Positions 19,139 through 28,705 of a DNA stretch of 64,000 nt are shown here, piece after piece. A program made the position numbers and the translations under genes. The notes beneath the pieces were generated by a model that saw nothing but the letters and a program-made list of their open reading frames with translations, ran no database searches and was not told the origin of the DNA. How positions within the stretch are numbered: the first letter of the stretch is position 1; every line of letters begins with the position of its first letter. The stretch is from Candidatus Bathyarchaeota archaeon (GTDB lineage Archaea > Thermoproteota > Bathyarchaeia > TCS64), in assembly GCA_963771885.1 (NCBI GenBank), contig CAVYVF010000002.1, positions 64,001 to 128,000 of the forward strand, given 5' to 3'.

Positions 19139-19575
19139 ATGGGAGAGACGATTAGGTACTCTTTATCTGATTATCTCAGACAATATAGAAAATCCGGAAC
19201 AAGGAAAATATATTTCGTACATGCGAAAAACTTCTTCAACCAATTATATCCAGAACTAAAAGATAACACAGATAGACTAGATGAAATGAGCCTCATCTAT
19301 GTCACCAAACAACATGACTACAAAAACGACCTGATAAACTATCGCGACAGCAACGAGAGACCACGCCCAAAACGGTCCAATTAAAACTACAAGCTATACT
19401 TAACTTTCTACACTATAACGACATTACACTCCCCTATTCCTTCAGGAAAAATCTCATAGGGGACGCGGAAACCATCTCTGAGGAACACCTACCTACACCA
19501 CTTGAGCTGAGAAGGATATGCGAGTTCCTTCCGCTAGGGGCAAAGGCTCTCACGTTTTTCTTAGCTCATCTGCGT
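19139..19575 (+). pseudogene. Tyrosine recombinase/integrase N-terminal remnant, frameshifted and truncated
   Basis: AT-rich. ORF 19139..19384 continues in another frame as PKTVQLKLQAILNFLHYNDITLP...EEHLPTPLELRRICEFLPLGAKALTFFLA and breaks where the catalytic-Arg motif is expected. Confidence 0.65.
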
Positions 19576-19646
19576 CGTATGGTGAGAGTAAAGATAATAT
19601 ACCCCGAGCCGTATAGCTTCAGAGCCCGTTAGAAAGGTGGATCGAT

Positions 19647-19820
19647 ATGTCTCTACGTGACCCGTTTAAAATAGAACTAAGCCGCGAGGCAAACCTAGTC
19701 AAGACAGTCTGCAGGCAGTGCGGCGCCACCAACTCCAAGGCAGCGGTAAAATGCCGAAAGTGCCATAGCAAGAACCTCCGCCCCAAGCGGACGAAGAGCA
19801 GAGGCCGCTCAGGTGGATAA
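19647..19820 (+). CDS. rpl40e: 50S ribosomal protein L40e
   Basis: 57 aa, missing from the ORF track: [57 protein letters not shown], with the CxxC-A-N...CRKC...LRPK signature. Confidence 0.93.
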   Translation: MSLRDPFKIELSREANLVKTVCRQCGATNSKAAVKCRKCHSKNLRPKRTKSRGRSGG

Positions 19821-19910
19821 AAACCGCTAACTTCTGGATATATCGCGCGTATCCCATCACTTCTTCGACTTAACTTGTTTAATCAGAACACGCGGCACAG
19901 AGGAAGGCGC

Positions 19911-22568
19911 TCATTGCAGATACGATGCATAGGAGCAGTGCCCAAGCGTCAAGGGCGACACCTTGAAGATGTCCTCAAGTGGCGCCCAGTAGACGACCAT
20001 GAGTTGGAGAAGCATCGACGCGACAGTCGCTACGAAGAGCATCCTGTTACCCGTCAGCCCCTTCCACCCCTGGCTGAAGAGGTGTTTATCGTCAGACCTC
20101 ACCATATAGGCTAGGAATAGCTCGAAGAAGACGATGGTCGTCAGCGCCGCAGACCTAGCCACGGCTACATCACCTGTCTCGTTGTAGACGAGGTAGTATG
20201 TGATGAAGTCCGCGGCGAAGGCTATGAAGGCCGCGGTTATTATGAAGAGCCAGTACCTCGAGAGGAGCCCCTCCTTTGGGTTACGGGGCGGGCGCCTCAT
20301 GAGCCCCTCCTCGGCGGGGTCGACGCTGAGCGCGACGGCGGGAAGACCGTCTGTGACTAGGTTGACCCAGAGGACGTGTATGGGTAGGAAGGGGAGCGGC
20401 AGCCCCATCGAGATGGAGACGAGTATCATGAGGAACTCGTCAAAGTTGGCGGATAGCATCAGCCTAACGTACTTGCTTATATTGGCGTAGATGGTTCGCC
20501 CGCCCTCGACGGCGCGGACGATGGTGGCGTAGTTGTCGTCTTCGAGGACCATGTCGGAGGCCTCGCGTGTCACGTCGGCTCCCTTTATCCCCATGGCGAC
20601 TCCTATGTCGGCGGCTTTCACGGCAGGGGCGTCGTTTACGCCGTCGCCCGTCATGGCGACGATGTCCCCATTCCTCCTGAGCGCAGAGGCTATCCTCATC
20701 TTGTGCTCGGGGGAGACGCGAGCGCATACCCTGAGGCTCTCCACGAGCCTGTCGAGGTCGGCGTCACTGAGCTTTTCAATCTCAAAGCCCTCGGCGACTG
20801 TCACCTCACTAATCTCTTCGAGTATGCCGACCTGCTTTGCGACGGCGACCGCGGTTATCTTATGGTCCCCTGTCAGCATCATCGTCCTTATCCCGGCTTG
20901 GGTGGCGACGCGTATCGCCTCCTTGACCTCCTCGCGTGGTGGGTCGATCATGCCGGCGAGTCCGACGAAGGTCAGCCCCTTCTCCGCATCCTTTAATCCA
21001 ACCTCGTCGTTGCCCTGAGGGAGCTTCCTGTAGGCGAGCCCGATGACGCGGAGCGCCTCGTTTGCCCACCTCTTCATGGTGGCGTCATACTCAGCCCTGT
21101 CGTCTTTTGTGATCTCTTTCTCACGGCCCGCGTCGAAGATAGAGACGCTGTCATCGAGCATCTCCTCAGGGGCTCCCTTGACGTAGGAGACGCGTGTCCC
21201 GTCCTCGAGCCGGTAGATCGTGCTCATGCGTTTTCTGCCCGAGTCGAATGAGTTCTCCTGTAGGAGCGTCTCCTTCAGTGCGGATATGGCAAAGCCCGCC
21301 TTCGTGGCGGTGACTAAGAGTGCACCGTCTGTCGGGTCGCCGTGGATGCTCCATATGCCGTCATGCTCGTTGAGGGTTGAGCTGTTTGAGAGAGCCCCGA
21401 TCTTCAGCGCGAGCGCGAGTCCCTTGTCTTCGAGCGGCTTGATTGTTGAGCCGGCCTCACTGAAGTCTCCTCTCGGCTCGTAGCCTGCGCCGCTGATCTC
21501 CAACTCCCTCCCCCTCAGGGCGAGCTTAGTGACTGTCATCTCGTTCTTGGTAATTGTGCCCGTCTTATCGGTGCAGATCACCGTGGTGCTGCCGAGTGTC
21601 TCGACGGAGGCGAGGCGTCTTACTATTGCCTTCTGTTTCGCCATCGCTGAGACGCCGAGGGCGAGAGTGATCGTGAGGACGGCGGGCAGCCCTTCGGGTA
21701 TCGCTGAGACTGCGAGGCTGATGCTTGTCATGAGCGTCTCCTCGAGGGGGGTGCTGTAGAAGACGACGCCGACGATGAAAACCCAGGCACAGAGGGCGAG
21801 GCTGATACCTCCAAGTTGGCGCCCGAGGACCTCGAGCTTGTGCTTTAAGGGTGGCTCGTCCGAGTCGATAGTCGTGACCATTTCGGCGATCCCACCGAAG
21901 ACCGTGGACATCCCTGTCGTGGTGACGACGGCGTGTACGCGGCCACCTGTAACGCTGGTGCCCATGAAGAGCATATTCGACTTATCCTCAGCGCCTTCGG
22001 GGAGCGTCGCCGTCTTCTTCGAGACGGGCATCGACTCGCCCGTGAGGATAGCTTCGTCGATCTCTAGGCTGAACTCCTCGAAGATGCGCGCATCCGCCGG
22101 TACCCTTTCTCCTGCCTGAAGGACTATGACGTCTCCGGGCACTACCTCCGAGGAGTCGATCTCCTCCTCAAATCCTCCCCGGATGACGAAGACCTTGGGT
22201 GAGACCATCTTTTTCAGTGCCTCGACCGCCTTCTCCGCCCGATACTCCTGCACGAAGCCGAGGACAGCGTTCAGGACGAGAATGGTGACGATGACATACG
22301 AGTCTGTCAGGGGCTCCCCCTCGACGACGGCGAGGTAACCCGAGACGGCCGCCGCGATGGCGAGTATGACGACGAGTACGCTCTTGAACTGGCCTAAGAA
22401 GATGGATAAGGGAGATATCTTGTGCTTCTCCGTCAGCACGTTTGGCCCGTATATGCCGAGACGCTTCTTCGCCTCGTCGGGTGCCAGGCCTTCTTTGCCA
22501 GTTTCGAGTTTCTTGAAAACGTCCTCTACATTAAGCGTGTGCCAGGGTGTTTTCGTTTTGTCTGCCAA
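19911..22568 (-). CDS. Cation-transporting P-type ATPase (type IIA, Ca2+-like)
   Basis: TGES, IPEGLP, DKTGT, KGAPE, TGDH, MTGDGVNDAPA, WVNLVTDGLPA. Probable frameshift near 19938 truncates the last TM helix. Confidence 0.95.
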   Translation of the reverse strand: MADKTKTPWHTLNVEDVFKKLETGKEGLAPDEAKKRLGIYGPNVLTEKHKISPLSIFLGQFKSVLVVILAIAAAVSGYLAVVEGEPLTDSYVIVTILVLNAVLGFVQEYRAEKAVEALKKMVSPKVFVIRGGFEEEIDSSEVVPGDVIVLQAGERVPADARIFEEFSLEIDEAILTGESMPVSKKTATLPEGAEDKSNMLFMGTSVTGGRVHAVVTTTGMSTVFGGIAEMVTTIDSDEPPLKHKLEVLGRQLGGISLALCAWVFIVGVVFYSTPLEETLMTSISLAVSAIPEGLPAVLTITLALGVSAMAKQKAIVRRLASVETLGSTTVICTDKTGTITKNEMTVTKLALRGRELEISGAGYEPRGDFSEAGSTIKPLEDKGLALALKIGALSNSSTLNEHDGIWSIHGDPTDGALLVTATKAGFAISALKETLLQENSFDSGRKRMSTIYRLEDGTRVSYVKGAPEEMLDDSVSIFDAGREKEITKDDRAEYDATMKRWANEALRVIGLAYRKLPQGNDEVGLKDAEKGLTFVGLAGMIDPPREEVKEAIRVATQAGIRTMMLTGDHKITAVAVAKQVGILEEISEVTVAEGFEIEKLSDADLDRLVESLRVCARVSPEHKMRIASALRRNGDIVAMTGDGVNDAPAVKAADIGVAMGIKGADVTREASDMVLEDDNYATIVRAVEGGRTIYANISKYVRLMLSANFDEFLMILVSISMGLPLPFLPIHVLWVNLVTDGLPAVALSVDPAEEGLMRRPPRNPKEGLLSRYWLFIITAAFIAFAADFITYYLVYNETGDVAVARSAALTTIVFFELFLAYMVRSDDKHLFSQGWKGLTGNRMLFVATVASMLLQLMVVYWAPLEDIFKVSPLTLGHCSYASYLQ

Positions 22569-22825
22569 ATGGTAGACCCACTCAGGTGAAGCTAGAAATG
22601 AACGCAGGGAAAAAGGGGTTTCGGTCTATTCTATAACGACCTTGACGACACTTCTTGGGGTAGTCCAGGCCGCTTTGATGGCGATGATTACGCCCTATAG
22701 TGATATTAGATCCACTTTTTTCGTGATAAATGTTAATCAAACCTTACGCGCCGAATGGGACTAACCAGCGTGAGACTAACAGGGAAGGGGTAAACGTCTT
22801 AACGCCCCTCCCCGGTACCCTATCC

Positions 22826-23599
22826 ATGGTCAGCTTCACGCTCTTCGCCTCGATGCTCGTCGCCGGGCTCCTCGAGATATTCGTGCCCGTCATACTCGGC
22901 CTCCTACTCTGGACGAGGCTGAAGACAAAGTGGGTCTACTTCATCATCGGCGGAGCACTCTGGCTCGTCGCCCTCGTAGTGAGATTGCCTATAAACTCCA
23001 CCTTCTCCCTCTGGCTGGTCGACAACTTCAGCGGCGCCTCACTCATCTACCTCGGCATCGCATTCCCGTCGCTGACGGCGGGGATATTCGAGGAGGGCGC
23101 TAGGTGGCTCGCATTTAGGTTCGCCATCAAGGATCACAGGCTAGAGAACGGGCTGATGTATGGGGCAGGACATGGCGGCGTGGAGGCGATGCTCCTTGTC
23201 GGGATCAACGTCCTCGGCACGGCTATACTCGCCTACTTCTACCCCCAGACATTCACTGAGACTCAGCTCGCGGCAATCGGCGCGACACCCGAGTGGACGG
23301 TCTTCATCGGCGTCTGGGAGCGTCTCGCCGCGATAACGTTCCATATCGCCATGAGTGTCCTCGTCCTTGAGTCCTTCAGGCAGAAGCAGGTGTGGTACGT
23401 CGGCGTCGCGGTTGGCGCCCACTTCTTCCTAAACTTCGCCGCTGCCTACGCTATCCGATGGGGCATAATACAATCCGAACTCGTCGTCACGGCCTTCGCC
23501 GCTGTCTCGGCGTGGTACATCTGGACGACGTGGAAGAACTACAAGGCGGCGCCTGCGCCGCAGGTCCCCGATACGACCATCCCGCCAACTACGGTTTGA
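22826..23599 (+). CDS. YhfC-family (PrsW-like) intramembrane metalloprotease
   Basis: AGIFEEGAR, GAGHGGVEA, ERLAAITFH, AH. ATG at 22826 is in frame with ORF 22730. Confidence 0.88.
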   Translation: MVSFTLFASMLVAGLLEIFVPVILGLLLWTRLKTKWVYFIIGGALWLVALVVRLPINSTFSLWLVDNFSGASLIYLGIAFPSLTAGIFEEGARWLAFRFAIKDHRLENGLMYGAGHGGVEAMLLVGINVLGTAILAYFYPQTFTETQLAAIGATPEWTVFIGVWERLAAITFHIAMSVLVLESFRQKQVWYVGVAVGAHFFLNFAAAYAIRWGIIQSELVVTAFAAVSAWYIWTTWKNYKAAPAPQVPDTTIPPTTV

Positions 23600-24113
23600 A
23601 GGGCTTACCGCATGTAAGGACAGCGTCCGGGACAATCTTCTGCCACTTCTTCAACCAGGTGAGGTCCTTATCCTCTTCCCTCAGCTCATCCGGCATCAAC
23701 TCGGGTATGCCCTCGACGGCGCTGCCGATGGGGTACCACCTCTTGCACTCGGGGCAGAAGAGAAGCCCCTCGGCGAGCTCCAGGGCATTCATGTAGCTGT
23801 AGAGGGTGTCTAGGTCCTCCGCCTTCTCGGGTTTGCCTCCGAGGAGCTTGAGTGCCTTAGCGTGGAGTGAGGCGACCGCCTTCGACCCCGTGTGGTCGTG
23901 TACAGCCACTATCGCCGGCGGGCTTACTGTGCCGTCCCTAAGCTGCTTCTTGAGGATAATATACCTGTCATCCAGCCCCTTCTTGGGCTTCCCCGCCTCC
24001 GCGACGACCTTTTCGATGTCCTCGGTCTTCGTCTCCCACCTGAAGAAATAGGCTTCTAATGGGTGGTGCTTGTCAATGGGGCAGGCGAGCAAGTTGAGGA
24101 GCCACGGCTTCAA
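23589..24113 (-). CDS. trm112: Trm112-family methyltransferase activator with a long helical insert
   Basis: LLNLLACPIDK..PL...GLLFCPECKRWYPI...GIPELMPDELR. Confidence 0.82.
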   Translation of the reverse strand: MKPWLLNLLACPIDKHHPLEAYFFRWETKTEDIEKVVAEAGKPKKGLDDRYIILKKQLRDGTVSPPAIVAVHDHTGSKAVASLHAKALKLLGGKPEKAEDLDTLYSYMNALELAEGLLFCPECKRWYPIGSAVEGIPELMPDELREEDKDLTWLKKWQKIVPDAVLTCGKPFKP

Positions 24114-24156
24114 TGCTGTTCGATGGATCTGGGCACAAACCCAATATATGAGGCTA

Positions 24157-24669
24157 TCAGCGCACCTGGAAAATTTTAAACTTTTTCAGGTTTGGGAAGC
24201 CAGTCTTCACCCACTTGACTCGCCCTCTGGGGTCCTTCTTGACCCAGTCGTACATATGCCAGAAGCTCTTGCCCCACCTCTCTGTTCTGTCCGGCATCGG
24301 CTCGTAGCCGAGGTTGCGTATCTCGTCCGTGTAGGCACCTTCGATGAGCTCTTGTGCCCTTCCCTCGACATGTACACGCTCGATAACGTCCTCGCCGTAC
24401 TTCTCCTTGAGCTTCTCGGCGGAGACATTGAGAATATCCCCCTGGCAGACCTTGATCTTCTCGTTTTGCTTCAAGCCGAGTCTCTCGACGAGTTCGAGGG
24501 TTATATTGGCCGCCTCCTCGTAGTGGACCTTCTCCTCGAATGCTCCCGGCTTGAAGAAGGAGACGTCTATAATGTCATAGAAGAAGGTGTCTGTCTCAGG
24601 CTGGTAGGCGCCGATGACGACCCCCCAGAGGAGGTCGCCGGTCCCGGCGTCGTCTATGAGTATCGTCAA
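24157..24669 (-). CDS. Uncharacterised protein with an RNase HII-like N-terminal motif (DDAGTGDL); paralogue of 353-868
   Basis: Shared DDxGxGDL, CxGxIL, QELxE and WVxxD...R...VKTG motifs. Confidence 0.72.
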   Translation of the reverse strand: MTILIDDAGTGDLLWGVVIGAYQPETDTFFYDIIDVSFFKPGAFEEKVHYEEAANITLELVERLGLKQNEKIKVCQGDILNVSAEKLKEKYGEDVIERVHVEGRAQELIEGAYTDEIRNLGYEPMPDRTERWGKSFWHMYDWVKKDPRGRVKWVKTGFPNLKKFKIFQVR

Positions 24670-24670
24670 G

Positions 24671-25937
24671 CTACTGACCTTTGAGTTTGGCGACTATCTC
24701 TTGCGCCTTGGGGAAGCGTATCTGGCCGGACTCGACGAGCTGCTTCACTGCCTCGTCCATCATCTCGGGCGTTGCGCCGGCCATCACGACGAGGTTCCGG
24801 GCGTGTAGCCTCATGTGGCCCTGCTGTATGCCCTCCTGGGTGAGGGCGCGTAAGGCGCCGAGGTTCTGAGCTAGCCCCACGGCGACCATCGCCTCTCCGA
24901 GCTCTTGCGCCTTTGTGCAGCCGAGTATTTTGACGGCTATCTGCGCCATTGGGTGGCTCTTAGTGGCGCCGCCTACTAGGCCGACGGCCATCGGCATCTC
25001 CAACTCGCCGACGAGGTCCCCGTCCTTGTTCTTACTCCACTTGCTGAGACTGCGGTACCTACCTGTCTTGGCGGCGTACGCGTGTGCTCCCGCCTCTATT
25101 GCGCGGTGGTCCTGCGCGAAGGCTAAGGCGACGGCGATTGTGCCGTTCATTATACCCTTGTTGTGGGTCGATGCCCTGTAGGGATCGGCGTCAGCGAAGG
25201 CCCACGCCTTGACGATCCTGTCCACCTTGTCCTCGCCGCCTATGTCCTCCTTCTTAATGACCGCCTCCGCCTTACAGGTGCGCCTATCGGCGAGGTTGCT
25301 GATGATGCGTAGTAGTGACTTGCCGCCTGTCAGCTCGGCTAGCATGGGGGCTAGTGTCTCGGCCATTGTGTTTACGGCGTTTGCGCCCATGGCGTCGCGG
25401 CAATCGACTAATAGGTGGCAGATGAGCATGGGTCCCGCGGGCGTTTCCAGCGGGCGTAGCTCTAGGTCCTTGGCGCCTCCGCCGAACTTGACGAGTACTG
25501 GGTCGACCTCGTTCGCCATGTCGAGTATCTTCTGCTTCCTCTCCATGAGGGTTGCGATGGCCTTCTTCATGTCTGGGATGTCGGTGAGTTGTATCTGCCC
25601 GATCATGATGGGCGGGCTACTGGTGACCTTGATGCCTGGGCCGTTCCTCATTATCCGCGCCATGTTGCTGGCCGCGGCGACGACGCTGGGCTCCTCTCCT
25701 GCCATGGGGATGAGCAGGTCCTTACCGTTTAGCATGAAGTTGACTGCGACGCTGAAGGGGTACGCTATTGTGCCGACGACGTTCTCCGTCATGTGGTCGG
25801 CCTGGTCGATCATGCAAGCCGCCGCCGGATTTGAGGGTCTTAACCTCGTCCGAGGTTAGGCCGACCTGCTCGGCGACTATCTTCACCCTCTCGTCTACCG
25901 GCATCTTGTAGAATCCTGAAATCCTGCTTGATACCAT
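24671..25937 (-). CDS. mvaA: Class II HMG-CoA reductase, frameshift near 25814
   Basis: SRISGFYK N-terminus in ORF 25722..25946. ENVVG, EEPSVVAAAS, DAMGAN, THNKGIMNG, GIQQGHMRLH. Confidence 0.93.
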
Positions 25938-25988
25938 GCCTTTCACTCTTCTTTGCAGTAGCTTCCACGACCACTGATAAAAGGTAGG

Positions 25989-26012
25989 CGATGGGGGTCG
26001 ATTCCCCCATCG
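25989..26012. promoter_or_regulatory. 9-bp inverted repeat CGATGGGGG-N6-CCCCCATCG upstream of the HMG-CoA reductase promoter
   Basis: Read directly. Sits next to a minus-strand TTTTAT at about 25977-25982. Confidence 0.4.
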
Positions 26013-26027
26013 ACAACTGTCTAAGGG

Positions 26028-27209
26028 CTAGTTGAAGGGGCTCTCGAAGCTCTCGGTTATCTTAATGCCGCGCTTCGCCATCTCAGCGAAGAATGTGTCG
26101 CTGAGTTTCTCGTCGTAACCGATCTTCGCCGGGTGAATGACGCCTGGCGTATCCATCTGACCCTTAGCTATCATCTGGGCGACGATGCTGCACGGGAAGG
26201 CGGTGGTCTTCGCCATCGCGGAGAGGTCAGCCTTGAAGTCCTGGAACTCGACGAACTCATATGTGTACTTCGCCTTTGCTCCGTCTTTCTTGCCCTCCAC
26301 GATTACGCGTTGGCAGATGGCATCCCCCTCATCGGGCTCGTACTGGAGGTACTTGTTGCCCCACGCCTCGAAGAAGTCCATCGGACTGATCTCGGTGCCT
26401 TTGACCTTCATGGGCTCTTTGTCAAGGAAGTGGAGGTCCTTGAGCTTGTTCCACATGTCGCAGTGGCCGGGCCATCTGATCGTCTGCCCGTAGGCGTCCC
26501 TCACACCCTTGAGACCGAGGTGGTTGACCACGTCCATGAGGCCGCTGTTTGTGAAAGCCTCAAGGTGGCCGAGAGGCTCGGGGAAGTCGATGGGAGAGGG
26601 GTCGCTGAGGACCTTGACCTCGACCGTCTTACCGTTCCGTAGTATCTTGCATGTGCCGACGCTGCCGCCGATCGCGAAAAGCCAGCTCCAACTGATCTTG
26701 TAGTTGATCGGGTTGTAGTAGCCGGGTGTTCCCTTCTGTGGGAAACCGCCGCAGGCGACGTAGAGCTTCTCGACGCTGTCGAGCTTCCGGGCGCCGACTC
26801 CGAGTAGGACTCGGTCTGTGCCCACATCGAGCCCGATGTGTGGGACGACAGTGACGCCAGCGTTCGCTGCGGCATCGTTCATCGAGAATACAGTGTTGAA
26901 GTCAGCAGCGATATCAGCCCAACTGACTCCCGCCTCGATGGTGGCGCTGATTGCCTGGTCGCAGAACGTCCTCGGGATCGCGGCAGCAACGATATCAAAG
27001 CCTTTGATGAGCTTGACAGTCGCCTTCTTGTCGGTGACATCGAGCTTCTCGGCGCCCTTGACCTTTTCGCTACCGATCCTCTTCACCGTCGCCTTCGCCG
27101 CCTCGACGTTAGCGTCCGCGGCGACTATCTCATCAACCTCCTTCTGGGTCGTTAGGTCCTTTAGGAGACCGTAGCCCATCTTGCCCGTTCCTAGGACGAG
27201 TACCTTCAT
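26028..27209 (-). CDS. Saccharopine dehydrogenase / lysine 6-dehydrogenase family oxidoreductase
   Basis: LGTGKMG, CGGFP, PINYKISWS, LEAF, TIRWPGH, AMAKTTAFP. Confidence 0.87.
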   Translation of the reverse strand: MKVLVLGTGKMGYGLLKDLTTQKEVDEIVAADANVEAAKATVKRIGSEKVKGAEKLDVTDKKATVKLIKGFDIVAAAIPRTFCDQAISATIEAGVSWADIAADFNTVFSMNDAAANAGVTVVPHIGLDVGTDRVLLGVGARKLDSVEKLYVACGGFPQKGTPGYYNPINYKISWSWLFAIGGSVGTCKILRNGKTVEVKVLSDPSPIDFPEPLGHLEAFTNSGLMDVVNHLGLKGVRDAYGQTIRWPGHCDMWNKLKDLHFLDKEPMKVKGTEISPMDFFEAWGNKYLQYEPDEGDAICQRVIVEGKKDGAKAKYTYEFVEFQDFKADLSAMAKTTAFPCSIVAQMIAKGQMDTPGVIHPAKIGYDEKLSDTFFAEMAKRGIKITESFESPFN

Positions 27210-27251
27210 TTATTATCCCGAGTAGGGGGACACGGGTTGTGGATAAAACTC

Positions 27252-28022
27252 CTACTGTTTAGCCGGTTGCCGGTCGACCTCCCAGCTGTCCCTGTCCATG
27301 TCGTGGACAAAGGAGACGAGGTGGTCGACGAGGGCGTCCCACATCAGTATACCCTTCTCTGACGTTGCCTTCGTGGGATCGCCGGTCACGCCGTAGGGGG
27401 CGACCTCGTGGAAGAGCCACTTGACCTGCACGTGCTCGGGGAGGACGGGTATGTGGCCTCTCGCCCTGCTCATGTTAACGAGCTCCGGGGCGACCCTCAG
27501 CATCATACTCGTTTCACCCTCGCCTGCATGGCCGAGGCCTCCCCACGCCTCGAATGTGCCTTCTGGGAGGAGCTTCGGTGCTGTCTCCCACCAAGCTTCA
27601 AGGGCTGCTATCTTCATCTCGGGGTGCTCTATACGGAATTCTCGCCCTGCTGCCTCGATTGCTGGGATGTTGCCGTCGTGGCCGTTTATTATGAGCAGCC
27701 TTTTCATGCCATGCATGTCGAGGGAGGCAAAGATCTGCTTGAGCACCCTAGTCAATGTCTCTATATCTAGCGTCAGTACCATGGGGAAATGCGCGTAGTG
27801 GTTGCTCACGCCATAAGGTAGCAGGGGAAGCTTCACCATCCCCTCGACCCTGTCCGTCACCGCCGCGGCGAGGCTGTCCGCGACCAGCGAATCAGTACCG
27901 AGCGGTAGGTGCTCGCCGTGGTACTCGGTTGAACCTATTGGAAGAATTGCCTTGTCGTAGAAAGCCTCATTCAACTTGTACCCAGTCATTCTGAGTAACT
28001 CGTTATCTGTCAAGCCTATCAT
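27252..28022 (-). CDS. Creatininase-family amidohydrolase
   Basis: GSTEYHGEHLPLGTD, NGHDGN, HAGEGETS, GVTGDP..A..EKG. Confidence 0.9.
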   Translation of the reverse strand: MIGLTDNELLRMTGYKLNEAFYDKAILPIGSTEYHGEHLPLGTDSLVADSLAAAVTDRVEGMVKLPLLPYGVSNHYAHFPMVLTLDIETLTRVLKQIFASLDMHGMKRLLIINGHDGNIPAIEAAGREFRIEHPEMKIAALEAWWETAPKLLPEGTFEAWGGLGHAGEGETSMMLRVAPELVNMSRARGHIPVLPEHVQVKWLFHEVAPYGVTGDPTKATSEKGILMWDALVDHLVSFVHDMDRDSWEVDRQPAKQ

Positions 28023-28042
28023 TTACGAATGGGGATTCTGGA

Positions 28043-28408
28043 TTAAAGAACTCTGCCCGGGAGTACCTCAGCGATTGTCCTAATTATGATGTCCGGAGGT
28101 ACGGGCTTCAGCAGGACCCTGTCATAGAGGTTGTTCCCAGCCTCGTCGTTATTCATATATCCAGTGAGAAGGATTATCCTCGCCTCGGGCTTAATCGATT
28201 TGAGCATTTTCGCCACCTCGAGCCCCTTCATATCTGGGAGTATATAGTCGAGAAGGACGAGGTCATACTTCTTCTCCGTGAATTTTTCAACCGCAGTGGC
28301 GCCTGTCGTCACTGTGTCCGCCTCGTAGCCCTCGTCGGTTAGGATGTAGCCAAGGATCTGGCTGCTCATCTCGTCGTCGTCTACGAGAAGCAGGGCGGCT
28401 CGGGTCAT
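28043..28408 (-). CDS. Stand-alone response-regulator receiver (CheY-like)
   Basis: LVDDD, LLD (phospho-Asp), PDMKG, LTG and KP motifs. Confidence 0.9.
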   Translation of the reverse strand: MTRAALLLVDDDEMSSQILGYILTDEGYEADTVTTGATAVEKFTEKKYDLVLLDYILPDMKGLEVAKMLKSIKPEARIILLTGYMNNDEAGNNLYDRVLLKPVPPDIIIRTIAEVLPGRVL

Positions 28409-28705
28409 AGTTGATTCTGCCCGTAGCCCTTTTTTAAAGGTGACTATGGATGACGATACGGGTTAAGAGTATTTTTTGAGGGCAACATTGTGATCTTCGT
28501 TCTGGATTGATGCGCATATTGTTCATGTGCCTAGGAAAAGAAGTTGGCTTAAAGTCTCCTATCTGATCGTGGCTAGTTATATTTGATAAAAACCTGTCTC
28601 TAGTTACCAATCCAAGTTGCGTGCGAGATGCTAATGGAATGTTATCATATTCCGATTACGCTGATTGAATGGATAAGTATTCGTCTAAGATTCAATTCGT
28701 TTTCA

